64,000 nucleotides of DNA from Dimorphilus gyrociliatus (taxonomy: Eukaryota; Animalia; Annelida). A model generated the notes under the pieces. It was not told where the DNA came from and made no database searches. It saw nothing but the letters and a program-made list of their open reading frames with translations. The position numbers were made by a program, and so were the translations under genes. This document shows, in pieces, positions 14,591-26,283 of this stretch. Position 1 is the first letter of the stretch, and every line of letters begins with the position of its first letter. Where the stretch lies: the NCBI GenBank assembly GCA_904063045.1, contig CAJFCJ010000016.1, forward strand, positions 496,001 through 560,000, read 5' to 3'.

Positions 14591-16020
14591 GAATAGAAAA
14601 AAACTAGTAATTCTAAGCGCATGCGCATAACGAAAAGATATGAATTATATAAGAGAAACTGTAAATAATTTAGTAGGAAAACTTGAGGAAAAAAAAAAAA
14701 AGCAGAGGAAAAGGGAGAAAAAAAAGATAAAATAGACGTGAAAGAAAAAATGACCCCCATGGTAAAAAAATATGAATTATTGGTTAAAAAAAAAGAAATT
14801 TACTTGTTTATTCATTTTTACAAATTGTAAATGAATGAAATGTGAAAATATTAAAATTTTACTATAAAAAATATAAGTTATACATGTAAAAAAGGATAAT
14901 TTTTAATAAAAGAATATTTTTTAAGACGATTTCCCTTTTTCTTCTCTTTTTTTCTCTGTTTTCTTTTTTATTAGTACAATTCACATAAATCAACAAACTA
15001 TAAAAAAAGTCAATAAATAATAATGAAAAATTGGCGTGTAGGACTTCCAGCGCCCTCTTACGTTGAGATTCGACACTGTCGACATCTATACAGAAATACA
15101 AAAAAAAAGAAAAAAAAAGCGTGAACTCGTTAGATTACGATAAGAATCGTGAGATAAACGGATAAAATTTATTTTTAGTCGATTTTATCAGTTCCCGCAT
15201 CCGCTTTTAAACAAGCCCTGAAGCTGTAGTAGTGGCAGTCATGGTAGTCGAGAGAGAGAGAGAGAGAGAAAGTATAGATAGAGGAGAGTAGAGAGAAAAA
15301 AAACTAGAGAAAAATTTTCGAGATAGAGAGAATGAGAGAGAGGATGAGTAAAAAAAAGATTCTTTCCAGTAAAAGATTAGAGTGGCGGTCTCTTTGTTTC
15401 TTTTCTCCTTTTTTATTATAGTTATGTACTATGTTTAGTCGATGCAAAAGCCTTTAAAATGTTAAACAGGCATGAATTTTTTTCGCCGACCGATAAAATG
15501 TACCAGGCAGGAAGATTCGCCTGGCTGCCTCTGTGTAAGGGAGTTGGCAGCGTTCCAATGTGTCATACTCGTCCGTTTTTCCATCAATCTATCCGCATTC
15601 TATACATGTTTCATGTACGTAAAGCATGAAATAGTACACTTTAGTACAGAAAAACAAAAGCCAACGTATTATATTCTTTTGCAAAACATTTTCTCAATTC
15701 ATTTTAACAAGCACATTTTTTTTATACATGTCCTTTTTCATGTAGAAAAAAAATACATAGGACTAAAACCCGTACATTATTGATGCAGCATGACGTCGGA
15801 CACCAGCTGCTTTCTACATTTGCTTCCGTCTATCTCTGTATTCGTTCGTTCTTTCCTTTTGTCAATCAATGCCGCCGCCGCCCTATTCTATTCGTCCGTC
15901 AGACTGCCGCCGCTTTCACTCCATCCCTCATATTTCACGTTCCGCGTTCTTTTCCGGACGAAATTCATTCTTCTTTCTATCCTTCACATTCTTCAATGGA
16001 AAGTAGGCCCCCGGTTGGGG

Positions 16021-17271
16021 TCAGATGGCGGTCAGGGCGTGACCGGCATGGTTCCATAAATGCATGTTGAAATATTTTAAATCCGCCATGTTTGTCAATC
16101 TTTCTAGGCCTACCGTTGTCATTGAAACACAACCGTAGACATCCAATGCTTTTAATCTTATCAGATATTCTGAAAGAACAATGGCGGACGCGTCTGTCAA
16201 TTTAGAACACTGTCCAATGTCCAAGGCGCGAAGTTCTATTTGAGATTTTGCAAGATTCGAGACGCCTTCGTCAGTTATTTTACACGCACTTAAACTTAAA
16301 GCTTTTAAATTGAACAGTCCCCTACTTATATGTGTTAAACAAGAGTCCGTTAGACGCTCACAAAATGCTAAATCTAAAGTTTCTATTTTGGATCCTCCCT
16401 CTACGAGGTAGCCGATTCCTGTGTCACTTACGTTGTCACAACTCCTAACGTTTAGGTGCCTAAGAGACGTAGATTTTGCAAGATACCTAAATGCTGTATC
16501 GGTTATTCCCGCGCAAAATGATATATTTAAACTGTCCAAATTCTTCAGGCAACTCAAATGCGAAAGAGCGTCATCTGTAACGCTCTGGCAGTCCTGCAGG
16601 ACTAGATCAGTCAAATTTAGGTTTCCCTTGGGTTCCAAATCGGCTGGCTGTAACCCGGAAATGTAGGATATCCCCCTGTCGGTGACCCCTTTACAGGATC
16701 TAACGTTCAATCTTTCCAACCGTTCTAAACCCACACTAATTAAAGTCAAGGCATTCGAAGTAACTTGAGAACAACCGGCTAACTCTAAAACTTTTAAATT
16801 TCTTGCGTATTGAGCAACTCTAGCAATTGAATTGTCCGTTATTTGTTTGCAGAAGGAGAGAACTAGTCTTTCTAGGAGCGGAAGTTCATGTTCCAATGCA
16901 TGTATAATAAGAGCATCAGTCACATTATAACATCCAGTTAGGTCCAAACTTTGCAGATGTAAACTGGTAATATCTCTGAGTGTTTTCCGAACGCTCAGAA
17001 CTTGAATACGCCTAATCCCTCGGCGTTCCAGTGAAGAAAATACTAAAGGATTTGTCCTCTTTAAATGCAGTCTTGCGCATGCGCCCCTCCAAACCGTTTT
17101 TCGATTACAAACTTCCCTCCAAGTCCGGCATACCTGCGCAGCACGTCCCTTATCGGCGGGGTCTAGATATGAGAAGATGTAGGATAAGATTTCGGGTAGG
17201 AGGCAGTGGATGTCCGTATCCCTCTTCCATCGTGGCCATTTTTGAAGAAGGAGTTCACCAGAATCCATCAT
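16021..17271 (-). CDS. FBXL14: F-box/LRR protein 14 (Partner of paired ortholog), intronless
   Basis: F-box DIHCLLPEILSYIFSYLDPADKGRAAQVC..W followed by KTVWRGACARLHLKRTNPLVFSSLERRGIRRIQVLS and about 11 cysteine-containing LRRs (LSFCKQITD, LQDCQSVTD, LSACKITDEG, DVYGC). Confidence 0.93.
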   Translation of the reverse strand: MMDSGELLLQKWPRWKRDTDIHCLLPEILSYIFSYLDPADKGRAAQVCRTWREVCNRKTVWRGACARLHLKRTNPLVFSSLERRGIRRIQVLSVRKTLRDITSLHLQSLDLTGCYNVTDALIIHALEHELPLLERLVLSFCKQITDNSIARVAQYARNLKVLELAGCSQVTSNALTLISVGLERLERLNVRSCKGVTDRGISYISGLQPADLEPKGNLNLTDLVLQDCQSVTDDALSHLSCLKNLDSLNISFCAGITDTAFRYLAKSTSLRHLNVRSCDNVSDTGIGYLVEGGSKIETLDLAFCERLTDSCLTHISRGLFNLKALSLSACKITDEGVSNLAKSQIELRALDIGQCSKLTDASAIVLSEYLIRLKALDVYGCVSMTTVGLERLTNMADLKYFNMHLWNHAGHALTAI

Positions 17272-17728
17272 TTATAAAAAAAAAAAATAAGAGTATTTTT
17301 TCTTCAACGCTCGTTCTGCATGACAACGACCGGAGGACTGACTGGGAGTGTCGGGTTTTCTTGATGTTTTGTATCCTACCACCGTTTCCTTTCATCGACA
17401 AAAACCGGTTTCTGAACGGTTTTTCGTATAGAATGCAGTTTGCGATACAGATGGCGCACAAAGTCGATATTAAATAACCGTTAAAAAAAGTTCTAACAAG
17501 GATATATTTTCAAAAATTTCTTTTCCAAAATAACACATCGATTTTATAAGATTAATTTATATATTTAAATTCCTAAATATTTTTATCTATTATTAAGTTA
17601 ATATAAGCATATCGAAATAAGAATCGATTTAGTTTTATAATCGATGATGCACCGGATACGGAAATACTAATTAAACTTTCCGCCGTGTTTTGATTGTAAC
17701 CAGCCATTAAAACTCAAATCTCCACAAA
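17272..17728. promoter_or_regulatory. Bidirectional promoter region FBXL14/Dvl with YY1-like AGATGGCG
   Basis: Head-to-head starts about 460 bp apart, with AGATGGCG at 17449-17456. Confidence 0.5.
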
Positions 17729-20700
17729 ATGGCAGAGACAAAGATTATATATCATATAGAGAATGAATCAACTCCATATCTTATAAAGATACCCATACGG
17801 AGCGAAGTTATTACTCTCGGCGATTTGAAGAATGCTCTAAATAGACCCAATTATAGGTTCTTCTTTAAGGTGCCTGACGATGACTTTGGGTAAGTAGTTA
17901 AACAAAAGTACATAAACTTCAAGTCAAAGCAATTATAATTGCATTTTATTATTAAAGATTTGTTAAAGAAGAGATTGGAGATGATGGTCAAGGTTTACCT
18001 TCAATAAACGGTCGGGTTGTTACATGGGTAGGTGCTTTGAATAAAACTGCCGACTTTTTTACCGTTCTCAATTAAATATTTTAGTTGGTTACGTCAGAAA
18101 ATAGTGTTATAAACAGTCACCTAGATTGTACAGAAACAAGTAGCACAACAACTACAGCTGTATCAGAAGATCATCCTCGAAGAGGCGAAAAAATTCAAAA
18201 GTAAGATAACAGATGTCGCTGTAGTATACAGCATACAATAAGTATATATGTATGAAGGTATAACTATTAAGCAAAGTGTTCAATTTTGTTGTATGGCAGT
18301 AATAGGCAACAGGAAATTTGTTCCCTCACGTAAATTGCTTATCTAATTAATTTTTAAAGTTAATTCCTCTCCTGAAATTATAACAATAGGTTACATTTTC
18401 ACTTCCATATAGAAATATCTAGTTAACCTGAGTTTGTTAAATTTATGATGCTATACGATTAATTCATATTGTCAGGCCTATATTAAACTAGGCTTAGGAT
18501 AATTCAATCAATATTATAGACCCTCGACAAAACAGTCATTCCTGTATTTCATTGTTTAATATTTTGGAGTGATGAAAATGTCACTACAATTTGATAGTAT
18601 TAATTTTTTTATCAGTTCTTCAGTGTTTATTTTTAAAGATGGAGAAATAATTTATTTATTAGACGACTAATGTTAATACTTGCTTTCGGGAAAATAAGGA
18701 AATAAGATCTTTGAACAACTAAGTAAATTGATTTAAGCGTTGATATGTGTCATCTGTCTTGTATTTGATAAGCAGATGGCGCCATAGGCATCAGAAAATA
18801 ATCAAGTAAAGGATCTGTACAAAATTTATTTAAATATTGCACGCGCAGGCTTCTTACCCGTCGAGATTTCCAAGCAATCTCCAAACATTTCGAAATACAC
18901 TTGAGACATGAAAAAGATAAATATACATAGCAGTAATTTATCCTTGAAATAACATTGATAATTTCCTAAAAATTAACAATTATAGCAATATTTGAGTTAG
19001 ATTAGACTAAATAATACCTTTTTGATCCTTTAGCTTAAGCAGGAAAATTCGTAAGTATTACGAAGCTTTCTATACAGCTATACTTTGTCTCGTTACTGAT
19101 TTTTTTCTGCTCAATTTCATGCCTTTTATTCTCATTTTTATTGATTATTCACCACAATCGATCCTAACTAATCGCTCTTCCATTTTTTATAAAATATGTT
19201 TGTAGGCCAACCTTCAACAAAAAGCGATATTTTTGCACTTAATCGTTGTCAAGGTCATTCATTGAGCCGGTGTCGGAGTTTACTGAAGGGATATTCGACT
19301 AGCCGCAATATTCCCAAGTACCTTAACTTGTACTCACATAAAGGGCACAAACTAAGGTCTCAGGGACATTGAGACAGTCAATATTGTAGCTTTGTTCTTG
19401 TATTTTATCATTCGTACTGAGAGACCTCTAGACGTCAATGCCCTTGGGTGTGTTCTTCACCAGTTACCCGACGAAGCAAACTTGTAGATAAAACTAGACA
19501 TTTTTTTGTAAATTTTTTTTATACAAGTTCGTTACTACGGGTTTCTGGAAAAGAGCCTGTCTGGTTTTTTTTTCTAATTTTTTCATCTGGTTTCCTCTTT
19601 GCTATACATTAAAACTAGCAGAACTATGTGAACCACATAGAAATTAAGGCTACATAATACCTAGCTACAAGATCATTTTTGCTATACAAAGTGAATACTG
19701 GAAGGGGTTGCCATATTGAACGATAATTTTTTTCAGCTCTTGTTTTCTTCCGTTCTATCGGATTCTGTAAAAAAACTTCTATCACAAGCCATTAGTGTTT
19801 TATATTTTAACATAGGAATAGCTGGTAGGACAGTTAGATAGCTCATAGGGGGGATTGAACAGAGAAAGGATGCAGTACAATGAGGCTGTTTTTTGATTTT
19901 ATACGCTTGAAATTTGATTAATAGGTAGACAGCTTTACATTCAGAGACAAAAACATTTTGACATGCAATTATTTTGCGTATTTAAAAGAATTCGATATGC
20001 ATTAAAGTTATCAAGGTCATTGGTTTAGCATTTCTTCCAGTTTTTGTCCTAAAATATTAAGTTAGATTGATGTTTCTTTGCTCATTGAGGTCGTTAAGGA
20101 GACGAAAACGAAGAATGATAGAAATCTACAAAGCACCAATGACCTACTAAATTTTTTTATGATTTAATAAGAGCAGACGAACATTTTCTACAGTTTTTTT
20201 TTTGCATGGTTTGATTTATAATCATCCAACGATTTACATGGCATAATCTACTTTTAGCATATGTCAGCCTTTCAAAATGGCGATCATTTACATACATCCT
20301 ACTGTAGTTTAATACCAGCAGGTTTTTTTTTCAACGCGAGGAATGAGATAAAATTAAACGATAATTATTTATGCAACAAGCGCCTTAAACAGCCATGGTA
20401 ACGTCCATTCTTTTCTTCCCATGCCAGACGAATAAATTAAGTACAGACAGAAAATAAATGATATTAGCACATACTCTAATAACTGTTACACTAAATATAT
20501 CTATGATTACTTTTAAAATATGTACATATAAGCAAAATTATAGAAGAAATATGGTACGATGTTAAAAATGTATGTTCTTTTTCTAGAACAATTTTTTTAA
20601 TGTAAAAAAAAAAGGAATCGAATGTTTGAGTACTTATCTATTTTTTTCTTTCGATGTTACAGGATTCAGGATGTAGACTCGATAAGAGAAGGTGAGAATT

Positions 20701-23700
20701 TTCCACTATCAATCAACTAATCGATTAGTTTCGACCTTGTCTGAAAAAAAATCCTAAGTTGATTTTTTTCCAAGCCATTCTTAACTGAATTCTATTTAGA
20801 AAAGCTTTGATCTTAACTAACTATAAGTTTACTTGATAAATATCTGGTTAAATTAGACGGAATCGTGCTCTTTAGCTGGTATGGCTCTACGCTATACTTA
20901 AACCGTCTGTCTGTTAGCAAAAGATCGAGGCTGTCTGCTTCGTGGACTGGAATTTCTCGGAACCTCCCTCATTATGACGTCATTTTAGTGAACATAGATG
21001 GTGTTTGCGCCTATTCCATTTAAAAAATACATTAATAAAATGACATCTAGCGGATATCAATAAATGATTATTACTTTTTCTATTAACGTATTAATTGACA
21101 ATGAATATAAAAGATTCATAAGTTTAGAAAGAAGAATAAAGAAAAAACTCGTAGATTTCTCTGTCTAACAAAATAAATGAAATAATTTATAAGTTTTGTA
21201 TTTGTAGATGAATCGTCAAAATTTCCTGAAGATGATACGTTGGACGCAGCAGACTGCGATAGCAGCAGGTGAAGTTAATTATTAAACTTATTAATTATAA
21301 AAGAAAGGAAAAATACTATTTTTTTTGCCCTCTTCTCTTCAGTCATAAATTACAGTTAATTATTTATTGTTAAGATAATAGTAATATTATTTTTATAATA
21401 TATAGATAAAAAGAACTATTTGCTTTTAGATTATCTTCTTCAACTGCTTTCGGCAGACGTCAAAAACGCAGGAAACGTCGACGAAAAATTCCTGCGGCAT
21501 CTACATTATCGTCAATGAGCGATTCAACAATGTCTTTGAATATAGTTACAGTAACGTTAAATCTAGGTATGATAACAAAAGGAAACGCAACCGAATAGCA
21601 TTCATTATAATTCATTTAATATCTCGTTATAGATTTTGTTTAGGCTGTTAAACACTAAACTTTTCAATATCAGTTTGAATATTTTAACATGAGAAAAGGT
21701 ACTTTAATTAATCAATACTTAAAGATATACTAGACAGATGCATGAGGGAAACAAAGTGACATATTTAGCTGAAAAATAACACTATGTCTTAATATCTATA
21801 TATATATATATATAATATATTATCACGAGAACGTAATTATATATGTATTTTACGTTTCCAAGATAACTATAGCAGTATAAATATTATATATCCATATATA
21901 TATATGTATATACATATTTATATAAACGAATATTCCTTTCTCCTTTTGAATAATAGATTCTACAAAGTTTTTGGGTATAAGTGTTGTTGGACAGAGCAAC
22001 AAGGGAGATGATGGAGGAATTTACGTTGGTTCCATTATGAAAGGGTAAGAAGATATTCTTCTATTTAATGATCATTTTACAATACCATACTAAGTACTAT
22101 AATCATTAAACGAAATAGCGGTGCCGTTGCTCAAGATGCTAGAATTGAACCTGGTGATATGTTGTTAGAAGTAAACGGAAATAGTTTTGAGAAAATCAGT
22201 AATGATGAAGCTGTTAAATTACTTAGGGAAGCAGTCCATAACCCTGGGTACGTTAGAATTATATCTTATTGAAATGTATAATGAATTTCTTTGACCAATT
22301 GTCAATTTTCTGTTTTTAGACCAATTACGTTAGTTGTTGCCAAATGCTGGGATCCTGAACCAGAAAAATACTTTTCAGTACCCAGAGAGGAACCTATCCG
22401 GCCAATAGATCCAGCTGCTTGGTTAGAGCATACATCAGCGGCTCTTAATGTGAGTTGTTTATTAGATTTTATACATACAATAACAAAGTTACGTAAGAAA
22501 GGGAAATATATTAGTCCATCAAATTTACATATGCTAATTCAGCAATTTACATAGTTAACTGGTGATTTGTGTTATATTTTTTATCCTAATGGACAGAATT
22601 AATGTTGACCCTAATAAGGGTAACGTGCTAACGCTTCTATCATTTTATCGGATGATCAATGACCTTTATTAGTTGAATTATATAAGTGTAGATTTAAATT
22701 AACGATCATACTAAACTTGTTTGACTTATGAAAATTTGGCAAATGAAAATTAATGGGATGGTTAATTCAAGTTGAATTATTTGGTTTGTAAAAGAAAGAA
22801 TGAATGAATGAATGAAATAGATAAAGATGGCTTGCTTTCGTTTGTTAATAATGATTTCCTTTCTTTTTTTCACAGGTTGATAAAATGTCTCAAAGCGTTT
22901 CGACATTAGCGTCTATTCCCTCTTCTATCGCATCTGAAACAAATTTAAGTATTGAAGCTGATATGATAAGCGTTATTAAATCTATGTCACATCCCGAATC
23001 TCGTTTGAAAATGAATAGTCGTCAAGAATTTTTAGGATCTGATCTCATATCCTGGTTGTTTAGTAATGTTGAAGGTTTCGCTAGTAAAACAGACGCTAGA
23101 AAATATGCGTCTAAATTGTTAAATGCCGGATTTATACACGAAGCTGTTGATAAAGGAGAGTTTTTTGAAGGGGCTTATTACGTTTTTGCGGGTAACATCA
23201 GGTTATAATTGAATTAATGGCAATTATTAATATGTTATTAAACACCTCTGTAGAAAAACTGCCACGTAAAACGGTTTCGGAAAGACCAGTTGAATACGAA
23301 CCAATAGGTAGATTGACTCCTGCAGAATGGGCACCGCTGTATCGGCCACAGATTCCACCTCCACCAGCATCGTACGCCTCTCTAGCCGCTGCTAAGAATC
23401 GCAAATTATCTGAGGATGAAAACGGTTGTGGTAAATATCGACTTTGGCACTTTTACATAAGAAATTATTATAATATTATATAGTTAGCCTATAATATTCT
23501 TTCACGAATTCTTTATGGAATATTATATTGATAAAAACCTGTTTTTTTCCCGCTAATCTGTCAAACCCTAAGAAGGAATGTTTTATCGCCATTTTAATCG
23601 TCTATAGTAGTTTTAGTTTATTTTCTCTTCAACTTCAAAATATATAACATAAGAGAAAAAACAGAAATAAAAAGGCATAGAAATGCTTTGTATTATAAAC

Positions 23701-24404
23701 CCGCGAAGAGCACAAAGAAAATGGGTTAAAACACCTCTACTTCCTGTCTTAGTCTGCTATAATAGAGATTTTCTGTTCTCTTTCATAACTGTAAATGCGT
23801 GCTTTCATATTTTTCTTAGCTTATCCCATCAGAAAGTACGCTTTTGACGTTTTTTGACAAGACAAAATGAAAGGTCAATAGGCCTACGGTATTTTTAATT
23901 GGAAGAAGCTGAACGAATACATAAAAATATTTCGTCTATGTAAAATTGAAAAGTATAGGTAGAAGGTCGTAAGGTAATAATACCACCTATCGGTTGGTGA
24001 AAACTCCCCTTTTCAAACATTATATAAAATGTTCAATTGTAAAAAATGTTGGGTTATTTTATTCGTACTCTATTATATTTAGTTGACTATCCATACTATT
24101 TCCTTTAACCACAGCGAAGAATGGTACTGAATGCAGTAACTTTATGACGGGCCTGAGAAAAATGTTTAACAAAAAAGCAGAAAAGAAGATGAAAGCGAAG
24201 AAATTCGATGAAAAATTTTACGATTCAACTTCGTCAAGTACGTTTAGTTTTTAATTAATTAATCATATAGATCGTAATAAAAAATCAGTATTTTTTTCTA
24301 TATAATTTATTCATTCAAGTATCGTGTCAAAAACTCTGAATTCATAATAACAGTGGATCATTTCTTTCTTTTGAACAGGTGACGAAGAACAACAGAACGT
24401 TTAA
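17729..24404 (+). CDS. DVL: Dishevelled (DIX-PDZ-DEP), divergent paralog; alternative end at 23857
   Basis: [37 protein letters not shown] (17729-18028). Basic region [11 protein letters not shown] and [51 protein letters not shown]. Proline motif [40 protein letters not shown]. Intron phases checked for most junctions, including micro-exon 20663-20691. Confidence 0.93.
19307..19370 (-). ncRNA. mir-125: pre-mir-125 (lin-4 family), antisense in Dvl intron 3
   Basis: 5p arm 19366-19345 is UCCCUGAGACCUUAGUUUGUGC versus canonical UCCCUGAGACCCUAACUUGUGA (seed identical). The 3p arm ACAAGUUAAGGUACUUGGGAA pairs back to form a hairpin with a loop of about 14 nt. Confidence 0.9.
19460..19548 (-). ncRNA. 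mir-100: pre-mir-100, antisense in Dvl intron 3
   Basis: 5p arm 19543-19522 is AACCCGUAGUAACGAACUUGUA versus canonical AACCCGUAGAUCCGAACUUGUG. The 3p arm UACAAGUUUGCUUCGUCGGGU and the CCAG/CUGG basal stem pair back. It lies upstream of mir-125 on the same strand, as in the conserved cluster. Confidence 0.85.
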
Positions 24405-24618
24405 GTGTTTCATTTTTTTTTTCTTCTTTTTTTTTTAGTTTCATATAAATATAAAACATTTTATTTGTTGTCCATATACATTTACATGAAAATATAGAAT
24501 ATTTTTAGAAAATAGAAAACAAACAGGAAAAACAAATTTATAATTAAAAGGTAAAAGAGGGCGAGACGTTTTTTATGGTTTTTTCCTCTCTAGGAAACCC
24601 CTTTTCCTTTTTTATCGT

Positions 24619-25324
24619 TCAAGACAACCCTTTAATTGCTAGTGGCAAACCCGTTAAGGCTGCCAGGGTATAGTGTAGGGTACAATTACTCTTTTTGCTA
24701 GCTGTAATTGTTCTTGAATCGTTTGGTGATTTACAAATATCTTCAATTCTTAGTTTTGACTTGAGATTTTCAATTTTAAAGCCAGGATAAGGTAGAACTT
24801 GTCTCGGCCATAAATAGAGTGAGGAGGCGTTTTCAGGGAATACGTAAGGTCCAAGGTAGGGCGGTGCTAGATTGTCATTATAAGCTTCTGGTGGTATTGA
24901 GAAAGTAGTTAGACCTATAAGAAAAAATAGACAAAAGCGAATAAATATATCATTTGTTTAATCTATAAATATACTATATACTATTTCTAGCTAACAAATA
25001 ATTACTATTGCAGATATATCAGGGCTCCACTGAGCATAAGATAACTTTTATCATTTATTAATAATTTGCATTATATTAGTTTTATTCATAAGAGAGAAAC
25101 TACTTACTATGATGTTTTTGTTTTTCCTTCATAAACTTCTCTTCTTCAAGTTTCTTCGAGTTTATATAGTCGGTCATATTGATAAGAGGTGGTGGTGGAG
25201 GAATACATTTCTGAGTAAATTGTTGAGCCCTTCTCAAACGCTTTTTTACGGGAATACTATCTTCATCGGGAGATAGTGTACTAAACGTTGAATCACTTGT
25301 ACGTAACTCAATATTTAGACTTCT
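24619..25324 (-). CDS. Last two exons of a gene of unknown function; upstream exons unresolved
   Basis: Exon 25324-25108 (217 nt, RSLNIELRTSDSTF..CIPPPPLINM..KHH) and exon 24914-24619 (296 nt, SLTTFSIPPEAY..LAIKGLS*) join in phase 1. About 171 open codons with GTAAGT/TAG splice sites. Confidence 0.55.
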
Positions 25325-26211
25325 CTAGTAGGTAGAAAGATAATGAATTAATTGAATTATACTTTTAAATTAAAGGGGTAATTACCTTTCTCGGTTTGCT
25401 CTCTACCAGCGGCATGTTGATGAATGACTATCTGTTCTATTGCCTTTAGCTTTATTTAGAATATTTATTTGGAATATCGCAAACGTGTGAACCGATATTC
25501 ATAATTCAGCCTGCAATTGAATATTTTTGTAAAAGAATTCTATCGAAAACCTTGTCTTGATAAATATTCATACTAGGTTTAGTGGAAAGAGCAACGTCCG
25601 TTCTTGAAAAAGTTGTAAGCCTAGCGATCAGGTCAACTTTTTTTATACAAGCTATTTTGACAACTAAAGTAAATTTACATATAGTCTACCAATAAAAAAG
25701 CTCACCTTGAGAGAAATAGTATTAATCATCATAGTTTTAATTAAATAAACTTATAATTGCAAGGGAAAGATGTTACTTATAAAACTTCCAAGTGTAGTCT
25801 ACCCTAAATATAGATCTATCGTATAGTCGTATTTAATACGATAGAAAATATGAGTGTATATTTAGTCTTTAAATGAGTGCCAAAGTTGCATTGAAATTCT
25901 ACAATTTTTGAATAAACAAGGTCGCTTACGCTATGTATTATACTCATATGGGATTCAGCAAAGTGCAAGGATATGGGATTAGTAGCGAATATATTCAATT
26001 GTACCTATTAATCTGAAATGTCCATCCTTTAATAAATCATCTATTTAAATAATTGAAATATTAGTTTTAGTCAATATTTTAAAGAGGAGGAGGTTGTGGT
26101 GGTTGTGAAGGATAGAATAATAAGCTCATAGACAGGAGAGAGAAAACACAAAAGGGTTATAAGAAAAACATCACGTTATGTAATTTTTAAAAGACAGTTG
26201 ACGCTATCAGT

Positions 26212-26283
26212 AGCAGAGTGGCGCAGTGGAAGCGTGCTGGGCCCATAACCCAGAGGTCCGTGGATCGAAACCACGCTCTGCTA
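26212..26283 (+). tRNA. tRNA-iMet: tRNA-Met initiator (CAT)
   Basis: AGCAGAG acceptor stem with A1:U72, anticodon arm CTGGG-CCCATAA-CCCAG, initiator-type T-loop GATCGAAA, and a downstream T-run. Confidence 0.97.

Noticed and set aside
14356-14760. 134-aa hydrophobic ORF
   Set aside because: Translation of GA/CT microsatellite (SLSLSL). The same applies to ORFs 6562-6792 and 27672-27962.
17031-17477. 148-aa + strand ORF overlapping FBXL14, and ORFs 15780-16070 and 16421-16666
   Set aside because: Antisense shadows favoured by the higher GC of the FBXL14 CDS; no recognisable motifs.
18835-18860. miR-92 seed TATTGCAC in Dvl intron
   Set aside because: The rest of the mature sequence does not match and upstream pairing is weak.
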